Shown: one piece after another, positions 36,701 to 49,139 of the stretch
Numbering within the stretch: the first letter of the stretch is position 1
Layout of the letters: each line of letters opens with the position of its first letter
Translations under genes and position numbers: made by a program
NCBI GenBank assembly: GCA_026770705.1
Contig: JANJGN010000026.1
Coordinates: forward strand, 34,410,001 to 34,474,000
DNA length: 64,000 bases
Direction: 5' to 3'
From: Isurus oxyrinchus
Taxonomy: Eukaryota
The notes under the pieces: model-generated
What the model was told of the DNA's origin: nothing
What the model saw: only the letters and a program-made list of their open reading frames with translations
Database searches by the model: none

Positions 36701-38076
36701 GGGTGGAGGCAAAGAAGAGGTTGTCAAAGATGTCATAGACGAAAGGAAAAAGGGATGTTGACGATGGTGATATTAACTAAAGGATGTGCTGTTGGTGACA
36801 TTAAGCGTAAAAAGCAAGGTGAGCGAGTGACAGATGGCCCTAGTGGGAGTGGGGTAGGGGAAAGGGATCGAAATAGGCTAAAAGGTGGAGCTAAAACATT
36901 GGATGGGAATACTTTTAAGATCAATAATAGAAATAGGTGGGAAAAGAAAAATATATTTTAAAAATATATAAATTATTAGGGAAAAAGGGGATCGGAAAGG
37001 GGGTGGGGATGGACGAGAGAGTTCATGATCTGAAGTTGTTGAACTCAGTGTTAAGTCCGGAGGGCTGTAAAGTGCCTAATCGGAAGATGAGGTGCTGTTC
37101 CTCGAGTTTGCAGTGAACTTCACTGGAACATTGCAGCAGGCGAAGGGCAGACATGTGGGCATGAGATTAGGATGGTATGTTGAAATGGCAAGCGACAGGG
37201 AGGTCTGGGTCATGCTTACGGACAGACTGAAGGTGTTCTGCAAAGCGGTCATCCTGGTCTGCATTTGGCCTCTCCAATGTGGAGGAAAGCGCATTGGGAG
37301 CAGCGAATGCAGTAGACTAAATTGAGGGAAGTGCAAGTGAAATGCGGCTTCACTTGAAAGGAGTGTTTGATCGCTTGGACGGTGAGAAGGGGAAGTGAAG
37401 AAGCAGGTGGTTGCATGGGAAGGTGTCACGGGAGAGGGTGGGGGTGTTGGGGATGATGGAGGAGTGGACCAGGGTGCATCGGAGGGAATGTTCCGTATGG
37501 AATGCTGGGGTTGGTGTGGGGTGGGGGGGGGGGGGGGGGGGGGGGGGGGAGGGGGGGGGGGGAGGGGGGGGGGGGTTGGGGTGAAGTATTTTTTTCATAT
37601 ATTTTTCTTTTCCCACCTATTTCTATTATTAATTTTAAAATTATTTCCATCTATTGTTTTACTTCCATGTTTTGGCCTATTTCGATCCCTTGCCTCTACC
37701 CCACCCCCACTGGGGCCATCTGTCACTTACTCGCCCTGCTTTCTACCCTTAATGTCACCATCAGCACATTCTTTAGGTACGATCACCACCGTCCACACTC
37801 CTTTTTCCTTTCGTCCATAACATATTTGTCCTTTTGTCTATGACATCTTTGGCAATCTCTTCTTTGCCTCCACCTGGCCCTCTATCCAGCTCTCCCTTTC
37901 ACACCACCCTCAAACAGCTTATATTTCACCTCATTTCTACTTTTCTTTAGTTCTGATGAACAGTCATACGGACTCGAAACATTAAGTGTCTTCCTCTCTA
38001 CAGTCAGACCTGCTGAGTTTTTCCAGCTATTTCGCTTTTGTTTCAGATTTCCAGCATCCATAGTATTTTGCTTTTA
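36701..38076 (-). mobile_element. Penelope-like insertion with inverted 3' duplication and 12-bp TSD
   Basis: GIY-YIG remnants on minus 37076-37500; ~36705-36960 recurs inverted at ~37585-37875; TAATATGAATAA at 36689-36700 and 38077-38088; poly-G at the inversion junction. Confidence 0.85.
37949..37987 (+). ncRNA. Minimal type-I hammerhead ribozyme-like motif (best-preserved core)
   Basis: AGTT-CTGATGA-A-CAGTC-ATACG-GACTC-GAAAC-ATT-AAGT; family consensus restores stems I and II. Confidence 0.55.
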
Positions 38077-38379
38077 TAATATGAATAAAGTTTTAACGTT
38101 CAAAAATGGGGAACTGAACCGCATTGACAATCACAGAGGAACACACACAGACCTATAGGCCGAGAGTGATAGAGGCCTGAGGAGAGACAAACAGCAAGAA
38201 ATCAAGACTGCCACCAGCCTGGTTCATATTTACTTTATTTCAGGCTGGAAATTTGTTGAGTTCTTGCTGATGAAAGGAAACAGGAAAAAACGCTGGAGGG
38301 TTTGGATGACCTTTTATTCCATTTAATCGATAATTAATTCTGTGTGCACTTGTTTAAAATCAGGAATGATGGGAAGTAC

Positions 38380-38457
38380 ATCCTTCGGGATTAAAATATA
38401 ATGCTGACGTCCCAATGGATTTAAGGTCCATGGCCTTAAGCTCTCGGCCACGACTGT
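38380..38457 (-). pseudogene. tRNA-Ser pseudogene
   Basis: Minus strand CAGTCGTGGCCGAGAGCTTAAGGCCATGGACCTTAAATCCATTGGG; 3' half decayed. Confidence 0.65.
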
Positions 38458-38585
38458 AGGTCCTACAGACTATTGTTCGTCTAAAATCATTGATGACTAC
38501 CGAAGGAGGTCAATCGGCCCGTCGTGTTCATGCCAACTTTCTGGAAGTGCAACTGAACGAACTTCACATATCCACCTTCCAACCT

Positions 38586-38656
38586 GCTTCTCTACTGTGG
38601 CGGTGAATAGTTTCCTTTATGAGTAAAAGGTCCTGGTTTGAAACCGGGCAGAAACG
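38586..38656 (+). pseudogene. tRNA-Val pseudogene
   Basis: 3' half AAAAGGTCCTGGTTTGAAACCGGGCAGAAAC resembles tRNA-Val AAAGGTCCCCGGTTCGAAACCGGGCGGAAAC. Confidence 0.6.
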
Positions 38657-40503
38657 TTATCAAAGCTTGCTCATCCAAGTGTGAGGAGAAACTCGATAAT
38701 TTTGATTTGTTGTTGAAGATGAAGTGAATGGAGTTGCTTAACAGCTGTATTACATTTACTCTTGCCCTATATCACAAAATGTATTTGGAAAAACTGGAAG
38801 GGGTGAAGTTTCATGACTCACTGAGCAGGAAAGGGTGTTTATATTTTGACTCGGCACACACATCAGCAGTTCGTTCAGACAACAGCAGAAATTACTGGGT
38901 ATACAGATACAGATTAACATAGTAACTCACCGTCTCAAAAATGTCTAATAGTAACTTGTGCTCATTCAGTCAATGCAAGCGATGCTGTAATTGAGGCAGA
39001 GGACATGATAGAGATGGTACAGAATCACTTTCTATCGTCTTCATAATAGAGGACTGGGAAAAACCACTCAGGGGAATGTGGAAACCGAGGATCAGTGCAG
39101 ATCTGTTGAAACCCCTCATTTCTTGTTCACGAGTGGAATTTGAGCACCATAATATGTAAGACCTAGAACAAAAAACTTCAAATCCAAATAGCACCACCAT
39201 CTCTTTCATTTTGTTTAAAAGCTGCCTGATGTGAATCTCAACAGGAACAACAAGTGATTTCTCATGCCCTGTGACTCGCTTTCCATTGTTTGCCTTTTAT
39301 GTTTATAAATGAATTTTGTTGGATATTTGTGAGAATCTCGTTTCATGATGATGATAAAAATATTAATACTCAATATTGAATCCTGGAAAAAGATATTGAG
39401 TTGAAAATATTGGAAGGTAGCTCAGCTAAGAAGCTGAAGTGATGAATGATTGAGCAGAAAAAATTGCACTCTAGGATATTTGCTGGAGGACATTTCTACA
39501 TTTTGATATTCGAAACAAACTGAGGGATCAGGTTGACACCAACAATTGTCTCCCTGGAACAAGTGGCATGGCCTCTCAGCTAACCATTGGAATCCTCCAA
39601 ACATTCTGGTACATCAGCACCGTCCTGTTTCCAAGACAAATATTTATCTTGCATAAGAATTTGTTCATGGAACAAAATGGCTTTCAACCAAATAAACTAA
39701 ATTAACCATTTCAGCATTTGATCGCAGCACGGTTTTGTTAAGTTGTAACTCTTTGTTATATAACACCCTCGGTTAACAGGCTGTAGAGTAAATGTCATTA
39801 GTTTGTGTATATCAACTCAGGCATAGTGAGGAATTGCTTGATAAGAAGAAACGCCTTTTGGAAATTCGATATGAAATCTTTTGCATAAATAAATAATGCC
39901 TGTATCGAGAACTGTATAAAGAACACAGGTGCAACTCTTCATGTAATTCCGTCAGGGAAACTTTGTTAATTAGGACAATCTGTGCATGGGTTCTACAGAA
40001 ACCCTTGCTCCATTTGGAAATTGGACAATGATTCGAAAAGGGAAAATTCAGATTAAGGGGGAAAGAGAAGGAAATTGAGACTAATTGGGTAGGTCTTTCA
40101 AAAGGCAGGCATAAATACGATGGGTCGAAGGGCCTCTTATTGTGCCATGCCAAGTTATGATTACATTGTTAGATGATTCTGTCTCCAGCATTATTTATTA
40201 AAGCAGCAGAATTCCATTTCTTCCAAACAAAGACCTCAAATGAATCTGAATGTCAGCACAGTTGAACATTTTAGACAGGCCAATTGGAAAAATGTTGGGG
40301 CACATTGTAGGAAGATAGTTCGCAAATGTGGGAACTTTTGAATAGTTTCCAAATCTGGTAATACATTTTATGATTCTAATGTTAGATGAATTTCTCTGCC
40401 ACGTGGCTGTATTTCAGCCGAATTGTATTTCCACAAAGGTTCTGACGTGCAATGATACTGCACGGTTTGATATTCTAGCTCGTTCAGTTCAGCGCTGGGC
40501 AAT

Positions 40504-40560
40504 ATTTGTGTGGTGGAGTGGTCATCATGTTTGCTTAAACGGACCCCGGGTCAAATAGTA
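40504..40560 (+). pseudogene. Possible tRNA-Val relic
   Basis: GTGGTGGAGTGGTCATCATGTTTGCTTAAAC..CCCCGGGTCAAAT resembles the tRNA-Val 5' half. Confidence 0.35.
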
Positions 40561-43500
40561 GAGCCGGCAATGTTGGGTTCTGGATTTTTAAGTACCCATT
40601 CACAGGTCAATGTGTGACAATGAATGGTGATGGGCGGAAAACAACGAAGGCTTTGTCCGTTAATGGTCTCAAACGAAACTGAAAGGCCATTGAAGTGAAA
40701 GATGAGCTTTGTTCCCAGCAACATAAATACTGATTGTCTTGATGAGCTTTTCGAGCATTGTCGGCTTTTGCTGGAGATGCCTGATCTGCTTTGCAATGCA
40801 ATTAAGTTATATTCTGGTGTAGGATTCTTTGTTCCGCTGGCTCATTGAATAGGGTAATAAAAACAGAAAATGCTGGAAAAATTCACCAGATCCGGCAGCA
40901 TCTGTGGAGAGAAAAACAGAGTTCATATTCTCCCCTGACTTCCAACCGATCAGACCCCTTTTTCAGTTTTTAATGCTTCCTCCTTCCACGGTTCAGCTTC
41001 TTTAAAACTTCCCTCATTTCCAACCTTCCCAGGCTTTCATGAAAGATCATGGAAGTGAAACATGAGCTTTCTTACCCTGTCCACAGATGCTGCCTGACAG
41101 CCTGAGTTCTTCCAGCGCTTATGGCTTTCGCTGTAGATGAGTGATCGGTTTTGGATGGCAGTGGAAGTATCTTTTGGTTGAAGTGTCTGATTGTTAAAGG
41201 ATCGTTGGTCTTGGGGAATGATTCTCGATTTTGGTGTTTCTCTCGCCAAAAATGTGTGAGATCTTGGACGGGCCCTTTGATATTGTTTCCTTTCGGCAAA
41301 GTCACAAGTTGTGCTTTGTTCATTTGGTTGCGGTGACTACAGCAGGTTTGGTTTACATGGGGTTTGGTTTTAAGAACCTGAGTACATGTTGCAGGGAATC
41401 TATCTGCACAACCCAAGTGCAAGAAAATTAAGACACGTTCTTGAAAGGCTTGACCATGTAAATTGACCTTCACTTTCTCCCTATTCACCAATTCAGGTGA
41501 CCCCATGCTGGCGGGTTCAGGCAGCTGGCTATGTGTCTCCAATTGTAATCCCGTCGGAGACAACAGGAGGACTGACAGACCTGGAATCCCACAGCTTCCT
41601 TCTCATTTGACCAGGATTTATTTTTATTCCAGGAGTTACGCTCAGCAGAGTGTGAATCATTTCACCCACTTCAGCATTGCACTTCATAGGGAATTAAGGC
41701 GCAGGGAAATCAGACAGGACTGAGGCCAATTGTTGGGCAGCAAGTATCAAAGTGCCAGAATCCTTGCTGAGTGTATGATTAAGTGGAAATTTGTGAGGAG
41801 AGATAGTGTCTGAGCGCAGGTTTGTTTGGATAGGATTGAATGCCCAAGATCAACGTTATCTTCACAGGGACAGACGAACAAGCAGCAGGAGGAGGCCATC
41901 CGGCCCTCGAGCCTGTTCCGCCATTTAATAAGATCATGGCTGATCTGTTAGTAACCTCAAATCTGCATCCCACCTACTCCCCGATAACCTCTCATTTCCT
42001 TGCTTACCATGAATCTATCCACCTCTGCCTAAAAAATATTCACAGAATCTGCCTCCACTGCCATTTCAGGAAGAGATTTCCCAAGACTCAGGACCCTCCG
42101 AGAGAAAGAAAATCGCCTCATCTCCGTTTTAAATGGGCCATCCCATGCTTTTAAAGGGCGGCCCACTTGATTCTGTCACAAGGACAAACATGCCCTCCAC
42201 ATCCAACTAACGAACGAAATAATCCACAGAGTCAAAGTGGACAATTGAAATGACCAATGACTTGGATGTTAACCATGATCTCCCGCCCCTCGGCCTCCTG
42301 CAGTGTTCGAAATAAGCTCAACCTACACTCGAGGAACAGAACCTCATCTTTCAACTGGACTCTTTACAGCCTTCACGTTCAGACTGAGCTCAACAATTTC
42401 GCACTGCAAATACTGCCTCCATTTTGTTTCCTCTACAGTGCAGATTTGCGGTTTCTCTCGATTACACTTGTTTTTGTTTTGTTTCCAGGTGGCACTTGTC
42501 ATTGAAAGCTCCTCCAGCTACATCTTTTGTGTCTTCCATTGCTCATAAAGGGAGCTGGCACAGGCCCGACGGTCCGAATCGTCTCATCATGTGGTGTAAT
42601 CACTCTATCAGTCTGTGATTACCTTACTCTGAGGCCACGCACCCAAATTCTTTTCTCATTGAATCTCTCCATACTTCCACCCTATCAGAGCCCTTTCCCG
42701 TGGTTGCGTTTCCTCCCATCTCCATTTCACTTGTTTAAAACTTCCTACATTTTTAACCATTCCCAGTTTCAATGAAAGGATCTGGAGGTGAAAGGTGAGA
42801 TCTGTTGCCTTGTCCACAAATGTTGCCTGACGTGATGAGTTTGCCCAGCTTTTTCGTATCCTGCCGTATTTGTCTTACAACACTGTCCCAATGAGTGCAA
42901 GACGAAATACTTTGACGTCTCTTTTCTAACAAATACTCAACTTCTGTACTAACAAATGACTATTTGTAAACCTGAGACAGGGACGAGAGGCGTTTATGTG
43001 AGCAGACGGGAGACACTGTGTTTGCTCACTTGATATCAAAGAATTTAGAGGAAATACTTAGTTGAGTAGCTCAAAGTGATCGATGGGTTGATAGAATGCA
43101 TCACAAGCAGCCGGTGCCACAAGAAGAAAATTGGAAAATCCAATCACCCGGAGTAAGAAAGAAAAACATAGGGAAAGGTTCACTTCATTTATGACCCGGC
43201 GATTTTTTATAATCTGGAATACACTGCCCAAAACGGTGGAGGCCGTAACTTTTAAAAGGAAGGTTTGAAACTGGAAATGGGGAAAATCCGAATGATGTGG
43301 AAATATGGGGGTCGAAAGACGAACCGAATAACTCCTTCAAAGAGGCACTGGCATGATAGGCCGAATGGCCCCATTGCGTGCTCTATGATTCCATGATTCA
43401 AATAGTATCATGTCCCTGGCACTTTATTTGTCCTCAGTCACTTGAACGGTGAACAGAACAGGATGGTCATCGACTTGTGAAAGTTTAACCATCGCTATTT

Positions 43501-43681
43501 CAACTCCATAGTTCATAATTGGAAATCTGCTATTTTCTATTACTCTAAAGCAGACACTCTATGTTCAATATTGATAAAAAAAATAATCTTACTGTTCGTT
43601 TAGTCTGTATTTAAATAGTCGGGGTGTTTCCCATGGATCATGTTTACTCTGATTTTTGAAACATTCTGCAGTTACATTTTC

Positions 43682-44030
43682 GGAACTAGTGCTGTGGATC
43701 AATTGTTTCAGGGCTAGTCTGAATTAACTGCTCTCTAAGGACAGAACACAACACTGGGCTGTAGCTACTTGATAACATAAACTGTCCAACTATATTGTGC
43801 AACATCCTCCATCCCGGGGAATCTCCGAGATATTTACTGAGCAGATATAGCTCAGGCACGGGAGGTAAGTCTCCAGAGTTTCCAGACGTATTCTCTGCTA
43901 GTTTGCACAAAGGAAATGAAACAGTCCATTTAAATGTCGCTGGTGTCCTTGTCTCTCCGACACCGCCGTTTGTTCGTGTGTCATGGAGCCCACACGACTG
44001 CAGCGATTGAGCGGGCACAGCCCAAAAACT
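43682..44030 (+). pseudogene. TCR alpha/delta V pseudogene with degenerate 23-RSS, inverted relative to the intact V genes
   Basis: GTSAVDQLFQG*SELTAL*GQNTTLGCSY...HPGESPRYLLSRYSSGTGGKSPEFPDVFSASLHKGNETVHLNVAG...; CACACGA 43991, 23/24-bp spacer, (C)CCAAAAACT. Confidence 0.8.
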
Positions 44031-44051
44031 CACACTGACAGTTCCAGTTGG

Positions 44052-44070
44052 TGGCCACCAGCGGGCGCTC
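44052..44070 (+). promoter_or_regulatory. CTCF-binding motif with possible upstream module
   Basis: TGGCCACCAGCGGGCGCTC versus consensus TGGCCACCAGGGGGCGCTA, preceded by ACAGTTCC. Confidence 0.7.
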
Positions 44071-44917
44071 TCACGCTGCTAATCGGAAGCGATAATTTAA
44101 CCACAGATTCGCAGGGACCTTCCGAAAAGGTCATAAAACAAAACACTTAACAAGAACAAACGAGGGGAATTGGGGGTTAAATTAGTTGGGTTCAGCTCGC
44201 ATTTATACTAAAAATGATCAGCATAATTTATTTGCGGAGCATGAACATATTTTTGTCCTTTGGGCCCTTTCTGTCCCTGCCTGTGATATTGAACAGTTCT
44301 GTCCCCATCTCCCCTGTAACCTTCCTACAGTCTGTGACCTCAGTCTAGTCAGAGAGTGCTACTGGGTCAGAGACTGTTCATGAACAATGGACAGATGTTC
44401 TTAAGCCCAAAACGCAGAGTGCTCCATTATCCCCTGCTTTAGGATGTCTCCTTAACGTTGGAATATTTTCCCTCTACATCAACAACCCTGAGCTCGCTGG
44501 TGATAATTAGCAAACAAGGATTTAATTCCCTACCCACGTCTGGCCTCTAAAAGAGCAACGACTCCCCTTTCAATACTGTATCTCAGTTCGGAGTGTTTCC
44601 ATTCACTAACACGCAGCTCAGAACCGCCACTGGGAAATGAACTGGGGATCTTCCTGAGACAGAGCAACAGATTATTGAGGATTAGAATTGGTGTCAACAA
44701 ACATGATACTGTGCTGAATCTGTTCAATTGGATTCTGCAGCTTGTTTTGTCGGCGGCTCCTGGAAACAGTTTTGTGACGGTTTGAATCGAGGTTAATTTG
44801 GTTTCCGCTCGCTTTGTGTTTGAGAGTTTGACAGCGCCGCTGAACATTATGGTTGCATCTTCCCGAGGTTCGATACAAGCCCCAACAGACAGGAGCTTCA
44901 ATCCACAATCTAGCGAC

Positions 44918-44956
44918 AGTTTTTGTACAGGGGTCATACTGCTTTCCATCACTGTG
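44918..44956 (-). other. 23-RSS of intact V gene
   Basis: CACAGTG-23 bp-ACAAAAACT on the minus strand. Confidence 0.95.
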
Positions 44957-45416
44957 AGCCTGAGAGCGCAGTAATACACGGCAGTGTCAGTCAGCCGCAG
45001 ACCAGAGATGGTTAAACTGGTGAATTTATTCGAGGTCTGGAGCTCTACAGAGAAACGGCTTTTGGCGTAATCTGCTTTATCTTCATAACCGGCTGAATCC
45101 TTCCTCAATATAAACTCGGGCTGCGAGTCTGGGTGTTGTCGGTACCAGTATAAGTTATAGATGCTAATTGCAGTATCATAGGTGCAGCTTAAAGTCACCG
45201 CTTCTCCTTCTGTCTTAACATCTGAGGACAGCGGCTGAGTGACAGAATCTCCGTGACTCAGATCTGAAAAACATTTTCAAACAATGAAAGGTCAGACCAG
45301 CGGCTGTTTAAGCTTCAAAACGTGTGTGAGAAGTTCGAGATAAGACGAAATGAGTGTAACCCACAATTACCTGTCAGAAATGCTCCCCACACAACCCAGA
45401 TGCTGAGGAGCCGCAT
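44957..45416 (-). CDS. TCR alpha/delta variable gene segment, apparently functional (leader 45371-45416, V exon 44957-45263)
   Basis: MRLLSIWVVWGAFLT|DLSHGDSVTQPLSSDVKTEGEAVTLSCTYDTAISIYNLYWYRQHPDSQPEFILRK...DTAVYYCALRL; GT-AG phase-1 intron; Cys23/Trp41/Cys104 intact; canonical RSS. Confidence 0.92.
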
Positions 45417-47379
45417 TGTCGCTGTTCGCTCTGCAAAAGAGAAATTGGATATTTGAAGCCACCCGTTCTAAACCCCACCCTGAATAATCTGCTGTCGTGT
45501 CTCCGGATGTTGTCACCTCACTTCCTTCTGTCCTCAGTGCTGGTCTGAGAGCGACAGGTGGTGAGCTGCCTCTAAATGAACGGACGCATCCCGAGCTGGA
45601 CGGCAGTCATTATCTTGATAGGGGGAACGGTTCAGCTTTAGAGACCGGGGTGGGGAAAGAAAAACCGTGAGTGTTTATTGTAACCGGGAAACACAAAATT
45701 GGTCTGACTGTGAGGAGAGTGGGAACAGTGACTCCAGTGAGATTTCTATCCAGTGTCAGTTAACTATAGAGCTAAGAGTGATTCTGTATTTTGTCTCAGT
45801 GATTTATAGACCTGTGATATTAGAACGAGATATTTGTTGTTCCTGATCAGTTGAACTAACCTAGAGAAACAACACTCCCTCTAATTTAAACAATGTTTCG
45901 AGAGCCGAACCGTCTGAGGTTTGCATTTAAATCATGTGTTTATAACTATGTGGTCCTTCTTTGTGACAGTCTGGAGAGATTGAAACACCCATAATATTCG
46001 GACCTTGGATTTACAAAGAGACAGAAAGGAGATTGTGCCACATCGATTCTCTGTAGTTGTTCACACTCCTCTGTTTAATAGAGTGCGGGAAGCGGGATCA
46101 ACGCCCCCAGGATGAGGTGCAGGGATAATGTACACTGACAAGAGCTTAAGGCCAGCAGTGCATGAAATACTGGCCTTACAAATCTCATTCAGATTAGAGA
46201 AAGATGTGGTGCAGAACAAGAAACAATATAAGAAGGCTTTGCATTGTCCTTGGCTTCTTGGTAACCCATATCAAGTCTCCGTGCGGTAAATGGCTTCAGT
46301 AATCAGATCTCAGGGCGCATATTTCCTCCACAGTTTAGTATCCCTTTTCCAATCTGCCATGCCTTTCACTCACTCGCCTTGCCCAGTGATTAGTACCAGA
46401 ATTTAATCTTCCAATATGACTTTGAAGATCATTCAGGAAGAGCAACAGTGTAGATAGAAACAGAGAGAGATATTGCTGAGAGCACGATGCACATTGAAAT
46501 GTAAAATAGAGAAGAAACATGCTCCTTTTGGAGGAAAGAAGAGAATCTACAATAATAATATCGTGCTCTGAATTAATAAACTATCTGATTAGATTTTCTC
46601 CCCCACACTCTCGTAGATACCCCAGACCACACCTGGATTAAAGACAATGAGGAAGTGGCCGGCAACATATAGACAACCGCTTCTAAATTCATCATCCCGT
46701 TCCTCTTCACCATTTCCCACAGCGCTGCCGTCACTCTGATGAAAGTGAGAAGTTCAATCCACTCACATTTCAGGCTGGCTGAAGCGGTTGGAAAAATCCC
46801 CAAACGTTTCGAGAACAGTAACCCCGAGATAAATTGCCCAGGCCATAAACTTTGCTTCATCCCTTTATCATATGGCCCGTTGAGTGGCCAACGCCATGCA
46901 TTTTCCACATCCGTTTATCAAGATCACTATGGTATGAAAATAAAACTGAAATATGTCTTCTTGACGATCCTCAAAGTGAAATGTCTTCCGTTAACAGAGG
47001 AAAACAATAAAATCGCAATTTTGTCTTTCTGTTTGAAGTCTGTGAGATGGTTATGGCTGTAATATAAATGTATCTTAGATTTTCATCGTTGGTTGAATAT
47101 TCCAGATTTCCACGAGTAAAGTGTCCCTTGTTTTATTCTCAATTGTTCCCTTCTTTTTATGTTGAACCTTGTTTTTCTCTGTTCCCATGTGCTTATTTTC
47201 TCAAGGTGATGCCCGGTTGTCATAAACACTTTCTGTCAATTATTAGAAAAATACTGTAAAATATTCTCTGTGAAATTGCTAAAAAAAAATTGAATGATGA
47301 TGAACTAATTTGGACTTTGATGAATTATTTTCTCCAAGGTTCCTGCAATAACATGTTTTTTTTCCCCATTCCCTGACAG

Positions 47380-47562
47380 GGTTTCTTCGGCAGTCCTGGC
47401 TGGTTTGAGTTTAAACTCTAGAAACCCTCGGCGAAGGAGCCATCGCATCATCCATTGTCACATCAGAATAAAGAGACTTTTACATTTGCTCCTTTCTGCC
47501 AAACCCCAGAGGCAGAATGAGCGCACAGTGACTAGGGAATCCTGGCGAGTCTCTCTCATATT
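47380..47562 (+). pseudogene. Possible internally deleted V relic
   Basis: Pyrimidine tract and acceptor CCCTGACAG, FR1-like ETLGEGA..IIHCHI, then CACAGTG at 47524 with a poor nonamer. Confidence 0.3.
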
Positions 47563-48303
47563 ATGGGCTGTTACTGTCTCATGTCAGATTCTATGAAAGA
47601 GTTGAGCTCTGCTCTACCACGGCCTGAACTGTACAGAACATTACAGAATAAACCTCCATCTACATTGCTGTTTGTTAATTTTTGCCTTTGTTTCCTATTG
47701 TTTCCCCCAGCGTCATTCCCATTTTCCTGATTAAAATCTCCAGGTTTCACCAATTCTCATGTTTCCTGTTGTCACTGAGGAGTCGAGACTATCTGCGCAT
47801 CCCAGAACTTCAGTCAGTTTTGTTCTCTCTTGTCCATTTGTATTACACAGAGCAGTGATGATCCCTTCACCGCAGTTAACTATGCCAAGGGGCAGAAGGG
47901 AGAACAATAATTATCAACATAATTTTCTGTGCATTTATATTTATCAACACATATCCGCATCAATATCATCCTGCTGTTCTCTCTTTGTACCACTAACTGT
48001 CCTCACCTCTGCACACTGCATCTCTCTCTGTTGATGTGTCTCTGCCACTCAATGTTTTCAATCCCACCTTCACCTATGCCCCCCAGTTAGTGCTTCTCTC
48101 CATAGGCACCATACTGAGCCTCAATTTTCTCCAACTCTCTCTGCATCACCCATCGTTCTTGGCCTCAACTTCATATTCTGCATTGTGCAGGTGTCTTAAC
48201 GCATGCAGCCAGACACAGAGCTAATCTATACCTATTCGCCTGTCACAGCTCAATTTTGCAAATCTTTCACGAGTGAGAGCAGACGGCACTGAAATTATTC
48301 ACC

Positions 48304-48480
48304 ATGGGGTCCTCGATCGCTGATCTTCACAGGTAAATCGCTCAGGTTTTTAACCATTGAGGCCAGACAGGCACTGAGCCGATATATGATGGTGATGATG
48401 GAGGCGGCGGCGGAAGGAGGGAGTTTCACTCACCATCACTGAAATATTATTCAGGTTTTCAACATTCGGTATAAAGTGTA
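48304..48480 (+). pseudogene. Possible V 5' relic truncated by a LINE
   Basis: ATG...CACAG|GTAAAT leader-like exon, then MEAAAEGGSFT (FR1-like) and CGGTATAAA (possible W->R 'WYK'). Confidence 0.3.
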
Positions 48481-48489
48481 GGGCTGACC

Positions 48490-49135
48490 CACTGTGGCGC
48501 AGGCGTGGTGTGGGATGAGTCTCGTGGACGTCTGTGTGCGTCAAGCTTCTTGAGTGTTGTGGGAGCTGGACTCATCCAACAAGTGGAGAATATTTAATCA
48601 AGGCCCTGACTTGTATCTTGTGGATGGTGGACAGGCTTGGGGAGTCAGGTGGTGAGTTATTCGCCACATGATTCCTAGCCTCTAACCTGGTCTTTTTGCC
48701 ACGATATTTATATGCCTAGGTCAGTTCAGTTTATGTTCAATGATAACTCCCAAGGTGGTGATAGTTGGGGATTCATTGATGATAATGTCATTGAATGTCA
48801 AGGGGTGATTGTTAGATTCTCTCTCGTTGGAGATTGTCATTGCCTGGCACTTGTGTGGCGTGAATATTATCTGCCACTTGTCAGTCCAAGCCTGGATTTT
48901 GTCCAGGTCTTGCTGCATTTGGACATCAACTGCTTCAATATCTGTTGAGTTAGGAATGGTGCAGAACATTTTGCAATCATCAGCAAAATATCCCCACTCC
49001 TGACTTTATGATGGAAGGAATGTCATTGATGAAGCAGCTGAAGATTGCTGGGCCTAGGACACTACCCTGAGGAACTCCTGCAGTGATGTCCTGGAGCTCA
49101 GATGATTGACCCTGAACAACCGCAACCATTTCAGT
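48490..49135 (-). mobile_element. CR1/L2-group LINE RT fragment
   Basis: AGVPQGSVLGPAIFSCFIND; MQQDLDKIQAWTDKWQIIFTPHKCQAM. Confidence 0.85.
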
Positions 49136-49139
49136 GACG

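Noticed and set aside
38420-38430. TTA 'ochre suppressor' anticodon in the tRNA-Ser relic
   Set aside because: T-arm and acceptor stem are destroyed, so this is mutational decay rather than a functional suppressor
44530-44917. C-terminal extension of the 222-aa ORF (likewise 56658-56879)
   Set aside because: Read-through past the RSS; germline V segments end at the heptamer
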